Source: Catajapyx aquilonaris (taxonomy: Eukaryota). Taken from it: a stretch of DNA of 64,000 nucleotides. Below are positions 11,881 to 26,530 of this stretch, one piece after another. How positions within the stretch are numbered: the first letter of the stretch is position 1; each line of letters starts with the position of its first letter. The DNA lies in contig JYFJ02000922.1 in NCBI GenBank assembly GCA_000934665.2, positions 1 to 64,000 of the forward strand. The letters are read 5' to 3'. The translations under genes were made by a program, and so were the position numbers. The notes beneath the pieces were generated by a model, which was not told where the DNA came from, ran no database searches, and saw only the letters and a list, made by a program, of their open reading frames with translations.

Positions 11881-14800
11881 TAACAGCAAAATAGACGGAT
11901 GTCACGATCGATATCCTTATACTGGTATCGATTACAGAAAAGCAGGTATCACTGGCTTTGGAAACATAATGGAGACCAATACCATAACCCAGATGCACAT
12001 TTTAGAATTGATCACAAGTTTTGCCAATATGAAAGTCAGGTACGTAAGCTTTTTTTCTGCTTGTCATCTGCAACATTGCCAGAAAAAGAAATGAAATGTT
12101 GCATGAAGGATCTGTATCATTACCTTTTTAATTGCTCTTCTATGCTAATTTATCTTATTAAAATATTACAGAAAGCGAATTATATATTACGTAAATTTAA
12201 AGTAGAAATAAATCCGTGTTTTTTTTTTAAATTATGTGGCACAGCTCAAAACGTGAATCTAAAATGCTGAAATCTACCTTGTAATTAGCTGTACAGTACA
12301 TTGTTCATAATTATTATATATAGGCTACGCGTAGTATACAGTATAATAGTCTACATACACAATACATGCCTGTATGTAGTATTAATATAATACTTTTATT
12401 GCCAAGATTATAATATTAATCAAGCTTAAATACTGCGCAGCGCTCAGTCAAATTCACCACTGGAATAAACCAACACAAATGCCACCTCATTAAAGTTTTT
12501 ACTTATGATTCTGGAACTGAAAGAATCAATCCCCTTCCTATATCTACACGCCCTACATCGAGGCCCCGAATTTGTCCAATTTTCGACACAAAACTCTCGC
12601 GCTACCTACACACGCAAAACGACGTAACTGACGGTTGGCTTGGCACAAGGGCCGGGAACATCCACCGAACTCGAGGTTTCACTTGCCCTCACAGCTCCCG
12701 GCCGTGACAAGCAAGTCGACGGCCCATCTTATTATGGCCTTACTCGAGTTTGTTTGCCCAACAGCCCTGCGAGTTCCATACGATAGAGATCATGTAGGGA
12801 AAGTTCCGATCCATTACACGTATTTGATGGACCATTACATTCTGTGCTAAGTAATTATAAGTTTGTTACTCTTTTTACTTTCTCTAGTAATGAAAATGAT
12901 GCACATGATAATTACAAACTCCACCGATATTGTTAAAAGAGGAATACAAATATGATGGGAGGATATGTTTCCCTCATACGTAAATACACTTTTATTTACA
13001 TCCTTTCATATCCATTATCTTTGTACCTGACTACAAAATCCGAGGAATTTTCCATTCACATTAGGGAATTTAATAGAAAATTTGGGTGGTACCTTTCCCT
13101 TTTCCGACATCCAATAAAAAATAATGACCCTTTTATGTGTGCATTCATTACAGTGTCAGAATGCATTTTCTGGTTGTAGACCGTCCAACAGGATAAGGCC
13201 TTCCAAAGTGGCCCCCCAGGCAACCCTGCACGAAGCATGGCCATCAGGGGCCACTCAAGCCCCCAACTTCCCTCCTCAACCTCATTTCCTATCCCTTCCC
13301 CACCCCCATTCCACTGTCGAAATCCGTCTTCTGCTACATATCACGGGTCTACCAATCATGAGGTCCCCACTGCATCTCCGCGTTGTAACTCACTTGTTGG
13401 AAATCGCCATGGCAAATTCTGCTTTGAAACAGGCTTTCAGGCCGATTAACTTTTGGGTGCAGTAAGTAAACAAGTGCAAAGTAACTGAGCCAGCAATCGA
13501 CAGCTCCTTGTTTTTACTTAAGCTTTCACCCCAGATCCCAGGAGAAGCATTGTTAGTCCTGAAACGCGAGAATTTCCTCGGATTTTACGTCTCTCTTCTA
13601 CAACTTTCTCCATGCGAAACCGCCCCATATAAAAGCGTCGGAAGCCCGACGTCTTCTGTTGAAACACAATAGCGCTGCTCTCCAACCCTAGAAATATGTG
13701 CTGTTTGGTCATCTGCTGCTTGGACTCCCTCTGGTGTAAACTGTAAGGTCGTATTTTCATTTTTTTTCTCGGGTCGTAATTCTGGATTATATCTTCCAAA
13801 TGTCCTCAAGATGTGGGAAAACCGTCAGGTGGAGCCTAATTTCATGTACCATGGATTCTGAGGGGTGGGAGTGTGTATCCCCGAGTGTGTGTTTTTGAGG
13901 GGCGGTGGGTGAGCCAGGGCAGGTGCATATGTCCACAACCCGGTGAGAAACGCAACGCCTAGTGCAAACCCGCATGCAATCTGACCCGCACATCTGCTGT
14001 ACCCAGGAAACCGGAATGATTTGACTTCCGTCTTGATGAAGTTTCTCCTCCAATTCCAAGCAAATCAGAGTCCGGTTCTTATGATCCGGAAACCACTCGG
14101 CTAGGTCAAACGTAATGGGAAAGCAAGGGCAGGGAGGCAGCCGCAAAATCCATCCGTCATCCTCTCAAAAGAAGTACTTATTAAGCTCCCAAAACGTGAC
14201 GTAATGGGGACTTACTTGCCTACCCCCCTCCGTTAGGGAGAGATTTTGAGAGGGGGTGGGGGCGGAAAACCCCACAAAAGCCGAACGCCCTCAGATCAAT
14301 GTCATTAAAACATTTCTCCCGAGCCAGACCTCCGCAGGCTCCGCTGACCTCGCATCCTCTGGGACCCGCTTTGGCTCTCCCAAGCAGGAGGACCACATCA
14401 AAGGACTCCCCCTGCAACCCCCACTACCACCCTTGGTTTCATTTCATGGAGGCATTGCTTACAACGTCAATACCACGTCCCCATCTCTCCAACCATAACA
14501 ACCATGTGCCCACCATACCCCTGCCTTGTCGAGAATGGCAATGAGCAAAATCAAAGTAGGCCTGGCACCAACTAGACCTTTCCTTACCCTACAAAGTGAA
14601 ACAACCACTCTAAATCAAGTAATGAGTAGGGCCAAATATGGGGAAAAGCCACCCCATCAAACGTAATCTGTCTCACAAAGTACAATGCCGTCTTCTTATT
14701 GGTATAATACGATAATTTGGAGAGTTATGATGTGGCTTACCGATCAAGTCTTGAGTTGCCTGAGATCCTCCTGATATTGTTCTTCGGATGAAAAATATGG

Positions 14801-17088
14801 AATTTAGGAAAATGAAAATGCGACCGTCCCGTTTCGAGGCTGGTGATGGAGAGTTTGGGTGTGAAGAAGTGGCTGGTGGTGTGAGGATGGGAAAGAGCGT
14901 CGGAGTGATTGAAACTGGCGGTGTCTACCGCAACCTTTTGCCGGCAGCTGCAAGGCGTCATCGCCAATAAAGACCGCAGTAAATCTCTTCCTCCCCTTCT
15001 CATGAAAAACATCTGTTTCTTCTCCGGGCCCCTAGTAATGGTTTATTTCCTACACTTTTGCTTCTCCAAGATGGATGCGGCCATTGTCGACAAACTCCCT
15101 GCGCTGCAACTTCCTCGGCGATGGCGGATAATGTGCGGCGGAAATTGTGGCAGTTGGCAATGTCGCCAGCGTCGTTTTTATTTGCAGGCTCCATTTAGTT
15201 GCCCGCCGGCACCAACACCCTGGTGTCCCCAACGTCCCTCCCACACCCTGCTACCGAAACCCCTCCCCCCCCCCCCTGTTCTCCCTATTTTCGCCCTAGC
15301 GTTGTCGGGGAAAGTCAAAATCCCCGCCAAATTATTTAAATTACCGCAGCGTCATTTTCCATTCTCTCATTGGAATTACAAAACTGTCAATCCGGATAAA
15401 ATGTTCTGCATGGTATTTCCGACGCTCCGATTACACGAACATGTCATCTGCTCCATTTTCACTCTCAGGGGCCACTGGAATATCCTGGCGTCACGATAAT
15501 TTCTCGCCCGCTTCAGAGAATTTCAGAGGGTGCCCACTGTAAAGGACAGTGCAGAAAACGTTTCTTTTAAACGTGGATTTTAGACAGAAAATCCGTTATT
15601 CGCGTTGGAATCGGCTGGTTCAAATAGATGTTTAACGACTTCACTTTCACTTGCAATGAAAATACTTATAGTACCCATTTACATATTTCTCGCTAAAACA
15701 GTTGATGGGAAATAGTATCATTGTACAGTAGCAAAATAATATCCAAAATAATTAATTTTCATCTAAGCCGTGAGAAGCTTCGGAATATATTGAAGAAAAA
15801 AGATTTAAAACATTGCCACACAATATACGGAGAAGAAAACTCACAAAATATACAGAACTAAAATTAAAAAGTGCCTCTACCGTCTACTTTTTGAACCTCG
15901 TCAAACACCTTTCAAAATAATTCCACTATAACAACCTTGTGCCACCTCAGCGAGCTGCGAATTCTCCGACATTGTTGGAATTCTGAAACTGGAGCGCCAT
16001 TGAATATTCATTCTCTATTGCAAGTTACCCCGGGATGTAAAATAACATTATGAATGTTAAACAATGCATCTCATAAATCAAGCACCGTTGCTTTTCTTCT
16101 CTTTCTAGCACCCCCTGGGCTTCCAAGAGCTCACTCTACGTCGAATTAGACCATGAGAAAAATTAAATGCCTGCGACAAAAAAAAATGAAAACGCAGCTC
16201 ATTTCGAGGCACAACGTAACTAGAGCAAGATATCCTGGCAATAACAATTCAGACTCATCGCAGTTGTTTGGGAGTTTGCCGTCAAAGTTCGCTGGCCTAG
16301 CCAACATCTAGTCCCCCATGGGGGGCCAGGGTTACCGTGTGCCCGCAACTACTCATTCCCAAAACCACAATAATCGGATTTCTCAAGGCAGGGCTCTCAG
16401 AGTTGCCAGCCAGGAGGCGCTAGAAAAGGAACCTTGCATCAAGCTAGAAGATAAAGTTCTCAAACCTGCGACCAAGAGCACGTCTCTTCTCCTCTGCTAC
16501 TACTACACTCTGCTTCACCTTTTTTCGCTACTTCTTCGGTCTTTTTTGTATTGGGGATTTATTTTCCAAGTGCGAATTCGACTAAAAACGACAGGAGAAA
16601 ATGTGCCCGCCAGAAAGGCTGAAGTAGGCTTCCGCGTGAAGAGGTACCAAATCCGACGGAATTTCCACCTCCTTGCACATCTGTTAATAGAAATAATGCG
16701 ACATCCCCAGAATTCTGCTTTACGGGTTTTTACTCCAATTCTCAAATCGGATTCGCGTAATATCACTAACGGCGATTGTGTTAGTGGAAGGAATGTTCTC
16801 TCGGCATCGCGGATGTAACTTGCGCCTGAAGCATCAACGTGTCTCTAGGTCACGAATAAATAGGGATAATTGGATTATTAAAAGGAGCTACAGTATAGCC
16901 CACTTTCGAAACGCCTTGAATTTGCATATTTTTCAAGTGGATTTAAAGCTAGAATAGCGGTCGATAGTTGTATTCTTGAGGAAAACAAATGATTAGAGAA
17001 ATTGATTTGAGTTTCTTTCAGTAGACTCTATAATATTAGTGGGCAGATTTTCGTAAGACAACTAATATTATGTTATTAATTTATCTTA

Positions 17089-17364
17089 CCGAAGCAGGTT
17101 GGCATAGTGGATAAGGCGTCCGACTGCTAAGCGGGAGGTCCTGGGTTCGAATCCCGGGGCCGGCAACTCTGACCGTGGTTTTCTGTGGTTTCCCACGGTC
17201 CTTCCAGGGAAATTCCGGAGTTGCTTCCGTAATTAATAGGCCACAGCCGCTTCCTTCCGTCCCTATCCTATCCCAAAGAGCGCAGTAAAATGAAAAGCAA
17301 AGAGTTCCAGGCAAAACAAACGTCCCCCCTAAAGAGCCGATGGCTGATAACGGGGTATGAATTA
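17089..17364 (+). mobile_element. tRNA-derived SINE, family A, copy 1
   Basis: A box TGGCATAGTGG (17100-10) and B box GGTTCGAATCC (17144-54). Central block GTGGTTTTCTGTGGTTTCCC...TAGGCCACAGCCGCTTCCTTCC, then an (ATT)n tail. 16-bp TSD TTATTAATTTATCTTA (17073-88, 17365-80). A second copy starts at 23625. Confidence 0.93.
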
Positions 17365-19901
17365 TTATTAATTTATCTTATTAATTCGCTAACTCTTGTA
17401 TTTTGTAAGGGAATGACAGGTTACACAGCAATTCAAATATAGCTGTATATGCACTACTTCTATTCACATGAACCAAATGAAATAGAAAGAAACCTTAGCT
17501 CATGGTGTTCATTTTATGAAGACCTCAGTACCAACTTGCTCTGTCACATTTTTGGCCTTTTTGAGTAACCCATGGTAGCAACGTTTACAAGCCAACACGC
17601 CTTGTCGGGTACCGGTACCAAAATCATCAACCTCCTGCCTTTTTTAGCTCTGCATCATTGAACGTGGAACAAAAGTGTGTTAAGTGTGTAACATGATTGG
17701 ACATTTTGATGCAAACAAAGTCGCTGCTCTCGAAAGTGTGAAAAGCACTTTACTATGATTAAAAAATCGTATCTGAAAGGTGCGAAGTGGACACCTCTAT
17801 ATGGCCTGACAATTAAGAGTTGTCAATAAAAATGCCCCTGTCTAGTTGCCTGTAGTCTTGAGCATAGGCAACTTTTGATTACAGAGGGTCAGATATGTCA
17901 ACAGGTGATTTTTTGGCATTATCGGATGCGGAGGACGACTGCAAATTATCTCTACATGGTCAGGAAAAGGGAATGCCTGCCTCTGATGTGTTAAAATTGC
18001 AAGCTTTAATCGGCGCAATTTTTGTGAGTAATTTTCAGTTCGGAACTAAAACGCGTGGCTGTTATATTTTTATATAGTTAACTATGCAATTTAAGTTCTT
18101 ATTAAAGCCCTTAAATGTTACAGAGGATTATACCTACATGCATATAAAATCTCACTCCATTGTCAAGTTCAGAATCTGGACATTTTTTTTTTTTTTTGCT
18201 ATCTCAAAACTACCAGCATGTAACATATCAAGTCAGTATCAAGTTTTCTTCCAAGGTCTTCAATCATCCCATACAGCACAATATCCAATAAAATAACAGC
18301 GCAATTATTTGTCCAATGAAGTAAATGTAATAAAAATGTTCTGTGCAAGTAAGTGGCGTAACCCCATTTGTTTACCCTTTCTGCCTTACTCTGACACTAG
18401 TGCTTTCTTCTCTGTTGTCACCTGTGCACAGAAACCAGAATGAATCCTCTACATACTACACCAACTTTTCTGAGTCCAAAAGCACTCCGTACAAATTATG
18501 GTGCAAGACCCTATCCGTTTAGGAAACCTGTACGCAAGCCCATTGTGTCACCTTAGAAATGGCCTGATGCCGCACAAAAGGAACGAATTTGTGACCAGCG
18601 TTTCTAGAAATATTTCCTCCCTCGCCTTCTATGCAATTACTCCACTCCCATGAAACAAATTGTAATCAAATCATACCGGTCTATTTGGTCTGCCTGGAGT
18701 TCCTGTTTACTTTTCAGAATAATTTGCCGCCACCTGCATTTTTTTTTTAAACTGGAAGCGGGCACTGCTGGTATCATTCTCTACTCCTCCCTACCAAACT
18801 CAACCCTTGCATTACAGCTCATTTGTGCAGGGGGGGGAGGCCCAACCATTTGAGACCCGCTGCCCGTCCCACAGGAGTGGAAAAGCAAAAGGATTAGTGA
18901 GGACCCGCTCGCTTACTGCTCACGGTGGGTGGGAGGTAGGGGGACTGGTGGGGTGAGGGTGGGAAAGGCCTCAAATCCCGCACTGGATTCCCCAATAAAC
19001 AAGCTCGTGCGGGAAAATACGTGTAGTGGATAAAAAAGGGTGGAGGGGGTGAGGACTCGGAAATGAGTCGGGCCAATTTTCCTGTTTATCTCAACCTGCC
19101 ACTTGGAATGTGAAAGGTGGAATTAGGCTTCAAGCGTCCCGGTGAATAATTTTTTCGGAACAAAATTTTTGGACCACTTTTTTTTTCCGGGCCACTCAGC
19201 TAAAATGAAAGCATGCCTGGCGTACCTTACAGTTCCTCCCTGCCCCACCTACCAATATTGACCATCCATGCAAATTCACAATCAGATTAGAAAACACTAT
19301 TCAGCGCTATGCATTATTTACGCACCGGTTCGCACTAATGGAAAGTTTGGAAATGGCGCCCCTCTGCGTTGTAGAAAAGGTACGCAAAAATCACTAGTGT
19401 GGAAAGTGATGGTTTGCTTAACCGTTAAAATCGTGAAACTCGACTTCACATATGATAGCACAAGATATAACTAGAGTCTATTAATAATCTCACCGCTTCC
19501 CTGAATTGTGACGCTGGTGTCATTGAAATTCCATGTTTGTGATGGTGTTTGTGTCACTGTACCGTGTCAGGTGTAGCGTTGTTTTTAAATTGATAAATAG
19601 TGCAATATAATGAAATGCTACGGCATGTAAAACTGCATTCAAGTCATCTAATGAACAATAAGTATTTTATCCATATTATCTACCTCTCCATTGAAACCTA
19701 ATTGCGCTTTAGGGTCATTTCGTGCACCTTTAACAACAATTTGTGCTTTAATTATACTGTGTAACTATTTAATTAGTTGCTCAAAACATAATTTAATTCT
19801 GGTTATGTAGTGTTGTTGTTAATCGTCATAATCATCATCCTAATACTGTACCGGTACTGTACAGTAGGCCGATGCGTTCAAGCCCCGCCTGGTGTTGATA
19901 A

Positions 19902-20085
19902 TAGAGAATTCCAGTGTATCCTACCAGTCATACTGCCCTCTCACAATGGAGGCATGAGGGTTGCACCGATGAGTCAGGATAAAGTCTCATACATTTCAGA
20001 CTTTATCCTGACTCATCGGTACAACCCTCATGCCTCTTTTGTGAGGAGGTCAGTCTGACTGGCAGGATACACTGGTCTTTCTCTA
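19902..20085. mobile_element. Palindromic MITE-like hairpin, unclassified
   Basis: ~86-bp arms (…CCGATGAGTCAGGATAAAGTCT / AGACTTTATCCTGACTCATCGG…) surround a 10-nt loop, with TAGAGAA...TTCTCTA ends. Pairing may extend to TGGTGTT/AACACCA (19890-20101). No clear TSD. Confidence 0.8.
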
Positions 20086-23000
20086 GTACAGTAGAACACC
20101 AAGTCATGCTGCGCAACTGTCCTGTACGCATTCACACCTACGGGTCATCAATGTATACATAAACTGCAATGCAACGCCCAAACTTATCAGATAATTCAAA
20201 CCATGTCATTCCGTACATTCAAATTGATCCCGTCCAATGCACTGCACTGGTGACGTTTTGAAGGCGACCGGGTTTCCTTTCATGTACTACCCATGCACTT
20301 TATAAGCCTCACATCCGTACTCTGTAGTTAGTTACACTTCCAATAAAGGAGCGGCATTGCAATTAGGCCTCGCACTAGGATTTTGCCTCAAGCGAAAAAA
20401 GTTGGGAAACTCTTTTTTAGATAGAAGACTCTTCATGAGGAGCATCCGGCGGAAAAATAATTGATGAAGAGTCTGGCGGTGCCGGTAATGAGAGATTTGG
20501 CACACATCCGGGACGACAATATTTTGACTCCTTAATTGAAAGGTCGCCCGATTGCGCTTACCGCTACACTGGGTTTTTTTTTCAGGCCTTAAAGAAAAAT
20601 TGGCTGGAGAATGGGGGATGTCGTGGAGACTCCTCAGTTCCACAGTCATGTCTGGCGCGTAAGGTTTCGCTTGCTTTATGAATGTAATATCGCGGCATTG
20701 CTCATTAGAAGAGGGCGTCATAAATACCACGAGTTTGGGGAGGGGTTGTGGAAAGGGGGAGAATGGAGGGTGCTCTTCGTCGCTATCTTCCCTGCACAGG
20801 CTACCGGCAAAACAGAAAGGATCGATATAGGCAAGTCGGCATCGTGGCCAAAACCAGCTTCTTGATAGAGCAGCAGTCATCTCTTGCGCTATCATTACCT
20901 CCACCCCCCTCCCACCCGCCCCAAAACGGCTCTTCGCTAATGGGACGACGATTTCCATAATGACCAACAATCCTGAGGAAGCCTATACCTTAATCTTTAA
21001 AAAGTGCCAGGATATTGCTCAACATTACAGATTCGAATTTCCCTCCATTTGCCTCCAAATCTGGTCACTATGTCAACGGTTTCCTATACACGGCCAAGCT
21101 CCAAATCAGCACTTCCAAAGCGAGCTGTCCAAACTATTAGTGCAAACATTTCCCGTATATATTTAACGTTAAGTAGGACTACTTCACCTAATCTAAATCT
21201 AATCTCTTGGAGGAAAATTCTTTTTAAAAAGTTAATTACACTATTATACTGCAGAAAAAACCAATTACTAGCCAACGACCAAGTTTTTCACCAGCAAACC
21301 CCTCGCATTACTGGTGGAAAACTTGGTCCTTCCTTAGCAAAGTGAACTAAGTTATCAATTTTTGATGTTATAAAGTACCTAAACCATTACTTCGTGGAGA
21401 CACGCTTAGGTTTATTAATATTAGCTACTATCCCTACTTCACTATAAACTTTCGCCGCGTTAAACATGTGTTATTTTTCTTACAAAAGGTAGTGTCCATC
21501 AGTCGTCAATATAATTGACTTTTTATACTGAAACCCAAAATTATCCGCTATTATTTTTTGAAACTTCGAATCCTAACAACTTCTTCGTTCTTCCGCACAA
21601 AAGTACCCAATAAATCCACCATAAATTGTTGATACGCAGCCCTAGACGACTACTTTATCATATCCGTGATCTATCCGTAATTTCTGATGTTATTTTACCA
21701 ACCGAGGTTCTTTTTAAATTTTGTGTGAATTCTCTATATTCAACTATCCTCCTCGATAGGTCTTTGATTGATTTCAAAAATCTCGCGCAACTTATCAGCG
21801 ACTTCACATAACTCGAGCAAGAAATTATTGACGAAAGACAAAATATTGATAAAATCGCACCCTCTATTAAATAATTAATTACTCCCCTTTCAACAGCCTT
21901 CCTATGCCTAACATTGCTTCAACTTTCTCCCCATTGAATCTATACTACACAACGGCCGGGGCCGGCTGGAAAAGTGCCAATCAAAATGCGTGATAGAGCC
22001 GTCTCCAAGTTAAGTGATTGTTAGAGAAGTGCAACCCCCTTCCATTTTTACTTCTCTCCTTCTCCCCATTTCTTTTTACTTATTGATTCGCGATTGGCTC
22101 CACCGGAAAGGTTTCTCCACCGGCTTTCTCAAGGGCGCTATTAATAATCTAAGCCGGCGATTGAGCCCAGAGAAGGAGATTGATTGACTTTAATAATCAA
22201 GGAACTCCGTGGAAAACGCAAACATTTTCCAACGACAGGATAATTTCATCCCCGGCAACGGGGCACGTCAATTAATTACGGGGCCCAGAAAGCTGGCACG
22301 AGGGCGGCTGCCTCTCTGACCCCTACCTGAATCTGCCTCCACCAGCCACCCAAACCCCGCTACAATCCACTACGTCACTGCTCACCTGGGGGCTATTCCC
22401 CGGGTTGCCATTCGTCATTTTTCGCGATAATCCCCCTGCATTTATCACCCGGGTGCCATTTGTCACGTTGGGCAGACGCGCTGCCGTCACAATTATGCCC
22501 ACTACCCGCCACCCACTACCCTCTCTGGTGTAATCATAACTGGAGAGGAGGTGGGTCGTGGGGGAGGTCTGGTAACACTGCAAGGACTGCGGTATTGGCA
22601 ACACTTTGGGGGCCGCTGGAGGGTTCTTTGGACTGAAATGTCTGGCGACTCCTGCTGGTGATGTCAAGCATTTTCAATTTGTTTTCAATTTTGTTCTCCC
22701 GTAGCGTGTCTCTTTGCAGTCTTGGCTTAAAAGCTCTCATGCGAGGGAATCCTAATATTCCGTGATGATTTTTTTACAGTTCTCCTCTAGTGCTTTTTAG
22801 TTTCATTCTGCAAACCACAGTTGACAGAGAGATTCTGTACACCACTAGTGTAAATATTGTTAAACTCGAAACTCTGAAGCGGTTCGGTTACAGCAGAAGA
22901 GTTTACCATTAAAATAATGTAACATTGTAGTTCGCCTTATACTGTATCCTGATAAAGAAATACCGTACTCAAAATATTGTACTCTACCTACTTGATCTTA

Positions 23001-23624
23001 TTCCGATAACTTTTATGTAAATACTCGTAATACTCATCTTGATAGGGGTCCTTAAAATCGATATGTGAATTTTAAAAACTATTCCAAAAATCTCTGATGT
23101 CGGAAGCATTAGATGCAATTTCCCAAGTTGGCAGCCAAACCCCACTTCTCCCTTTCAAACAGTGGCCATTGTAATCTTCACGGGCCATTGCGTTCACTTT
23201 CTTTGAATTATTATGCGTGACCAGAAATTCGGCTAGAGAATTGAATTCTGAAGAGCAATGATAATGCTTCGCACCTTAAACACGTTCTCTCAATATTTAG
23301 AGAGGTCCACCGGTGCTGATTTACAGCAGCAATTACCAAAATCACGCACTGATTTAATACTTGACATTAATTACTATCCGTATATCAAATGCTATATTGT
23401 ATTGAAGACGGAGAACAAGATTATTGAAATATACAGCTCTAATGCGAAGTGAAATGTAAACAGAAGTGCACCAGATACGCATACATTATTTTTTACAAAC
23501 GCTTCCCATGCTATTTGCCAATTTCATAGACCAAAAATTACCTAAGAAAGTAGGCAACTGCAAAAATTTATATTTGTAATTTATTCCTGAACAGGATATA
23601 CTGTATAATTATGTACAAAAGTTA

Positions 23625-23908
23625 CCGAAGCAGTTTGGAGCACGGGGATAGGGTGTCCGACTGCTAATCGGGAGGTCCTGGGATCAAATCCCGGGGCCGG
23701 CAACTCTGACGGTGGTTTTCTGTGGTTTCCCACGGTCATTCCAGGAAAATTCCGGAGTTGCTTCCGTAATCAATAGGCCACAGCCGCTTCCTTCCGTCCC
23801 TATCCTATCCCAAAAAGCGCAGTAAAATGAAAAGCAAAGAATTCCAGACAAAACAAACTTCGCCCCTAAAGAGCCGAAAAAGGCTAATAACGGGGTACGA
23901 ATTATTAT
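23625..23908 (+). mobile_element. tRNA-derived SINE, family A, copy 2
   Basis: Collinear with 17089-17364, with degenerate A/B boxes and an (ATT)n tail. 19-bp TSD TAATTATGTACAA(A/G)AGTTA (23606-24, 23909-27). Confidence 0.93.
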
Positions 23909-26246
23909 TAATTATGTACAAGAGTTACAAGTGATACATTTATATGCATAATTATTTAATCTATCGACTACAATCATGTAGAGTAGGCTACGGGTAATCT
24001 GAACATAGGGCCTACAGTACACAATATGCTCAGATTACCTAGGCCTTCTTGATCTAATCAACACTTAGTGGACTAATAATCATTAAGTAATCAAAAGTGA
24101 AAGAAATTGGTTTCTTCAAATATTTTAATCAAGTTGAAAATAATATATTATGTTCTCACACGTCTTCAAGTGGAAAACGGTAGGCTTACATTATAAGCAG
24201 TTCGAGTGATTGGAAAGACGTGGCCCCTGCGTAAGTTAAATGACAACCTTTACACGACTAGTACATTTGGACACTTTCTAGAAACATGCAAGCTCTCAAT
24301 TTGAAGAGATTTTATTGATAACTGCAGCAAGGTATCGCATATGCAGCACGCCAGTAAATATCGCCGCTTTGAAATTCTCTGCAAAAGGTACTGCATTAAA
24401 ATCAGGAGAGCAATATTCATCCATCCCGTAAAAGGCGCAGCTGTTGTAGCTATTCCTATACGAGTGAAATGATAATGTAGGTGTAACTGTAAGAGCCTAA
24501 TTAGTCGACTAATATTTTCACGCGTTCATGAGAGTGAAGCGCAGTTTTGAATGACAAAAAATTGCCCAGCTTGCGACTTGAAGGGGCACGCAGCAGTGGA
24601 TAACGTGTAAAACGTAAAAACAAGTATGCCGGGGCCACGGGTGCAAATGGAGAAATGATTGCTTCATCCATTAGAATCAATAATTCAAGCAACTTTCTTG
24701 GCCCTATAGTTGGTAACAGTAGCGCAGTTTGGGTTGTCAGAGTTTATTGCCTAACGTGCAATGTCTATTTGGATGTCATTACGCCCCGTCTGCTTTTCAG
24801 TTCCTAGCGTCGAAATGACCCACGGAATGAATGAAATCCACCACTGACCTGAAACAGGTCGTTTACACTTTTGTTGCCATGCTTCCCCGGATCTTTTACG
24901 GTGAGAACGGCTATGTTTCCTGTCACATAAATGGCAGTTTAAAATTTTAACGCATCCGACTCATGAAGTCGTGATACTACATCACGCAGAAGCGGGAAAA
25001 GAGAGAGAATGATACTAATAATCATTAAACAAAAAAGGAAGCCGTGATTTGTGGCCCCGCGAAACATGCTCGTTCCTACTTAGCCCCATAAGGAATGTCT
25101 CTCTTTAACACCCTTTCCTGCTAAGTGTCATTTACTCGGGTGGCAGTTAGCTGCAGGCAGCACGAGTGGACAAGCATTGGTAAAACTAATGTGCAGCGCG
25201 GCTTCATAACAGGGCAAAGCTCTTAATATCCTCCCGTAAAGAGAAGTTTGTGGCCCTGGCAACTCCGCACTGCTGGCAACTCTGTTGCGCAGCCCAAGAT
25301 GCGCGTTGCTGTTTTCAAAGTGGTTGTCGCCATCTTCACCATTCTTTTTACGGCTTCATATCCCGGCCCATCTTCTTGCTAGCAAGCTCTGTTTTACATT
25401 TTATGCATTCGAAAGGTTGACACCAGTCGTAGGGGGCGTGATCCAGCCCCCAATTTCCATGTCGAGGGTTAGGGGGGTGCAGAAAACTTTGGGTGACAGT
25501 CGCGAGTAAATCTCCGCACCTTGGGAAAGGAGGGCCAGCCTGCTGGTATCGGGAGTGGAAAGGAGCTGAGGGGTAGAGGGGGCAACGCGCCAACTTTCCC
25601 CATCAAAGTGTTAGTTAAACTCCAATCCTTCTTCATAAGAAGCCATTGGGAGGAAGGGCGGGAGGGAAGTGTCCCAGTCGGCGGTGGATAAAAAAGAAAG
25701 AAAAAGAAGGTTGGATGGGGGTTTCACCCTGACTGATGGGCTAGGCCTTATTACACCCACTTCATCTCCCATCCCTGCCACCCACTTCCCTCACCTTCTG
25801 AGTGAGGCTCAATTCTACTGGCATACCTGCCAGAATGACACTCAGAATTATGCAAAGTGGGTAATACCGCATTTCGATTCCTTTGTCCGAAAAATGCATT
25901 TAGAACCAACTGATTTGTCGATTTTATTCCTCCCAAAAGCTGCGCTCAATCTGATTTAAATTTTTCAATAAAGAACCTCCCTTTTCCGGGGAAGAGTCAG
26001 CCACATCTAAGGGAAAAAGGGCTTGGGGGAAATTGGAAATAGCATTGCGACTGCATCATGCCCTTTCTATTGAAGCTCCCCTCCCATCCTCACCCCCCAC
26101 CCTAGCTCTCCCCATTTCACTACCCCGTCCCACAGCTTTTCTTCCCACCCCAGCTTGGTCGATAGATGCCTACAAGTCAGGATATTAAAATACAATCCTC
26201 CCACTAACCCCACAGACACATCAATACACACACACCCACACACACA

Positions 26247-26530
26247 TGCCTGCCATTAGCTATGGGGACGTGAAAAAAACCAACTTTTCGAAGCAAGTGT
26301 AAACTAACCTAACCTACCCTAACCTACCTACCCTAGGCTGACAGAGAAATTGACTTTTGCAAAACCCTAGAAAACGGGCGAAATTAGACATGTCCCCACT
26401 GTAATAGTACCACATCGCGTGTGTCATGCTGTGGGGACCTAAAATGTCCCCACAGTCAGTGAAGTCCCCATAGGTACAGTAGAAACACCTACCTTGGTCC
26501 TCAAAGCTAATGCTAGACCTGACCAACCAT
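26247..26530. mobile_element. Dada-like non-autonomous element inserted in a (CA)n microsatellite
   Basis: CA-repeat tracts flank both sides (26226-46 and about 26528-49). There are several GGGGAC/GTCCCC motifs, the hairpin CTGTGGGGAC-CTAAAAT-GTCCCCACAG (26429-55) and an internal (CCTAA)-like tract, but no TIRs. The layout matches my recollection of CA-targeting Dada elements. Confidence 0.55.

Noticed and set aside
17089..17165. tRNA gene (also the heads near 23625, 28230-28304 and 52590-52664)
   Set aside because: The acceptor stems are poor, and each continues into a SINE body, tail and TSD.
17326..17357. Hammerhead ribozyme in the SINE tail (CTAAAGA-stem-GATAAC versus CTGANGA-stem-GAAAC)
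   Set aside because: Invariant core bases are changed, and the CCCC/GGGG closure does not give a three-way junction.
20332..20970. Longest ORF (212 aa), and others such as 14909-15499, 16318-16818 and 45338-45841
   Set aside because: No recognisable domain, composition typical of translated non-coding DNA, and no convincing exon boundaries.
26305..26336. Telomeric (TTAGG)n array
   Set aside because: Only a few degenerate units, internal to the Dada-like element.
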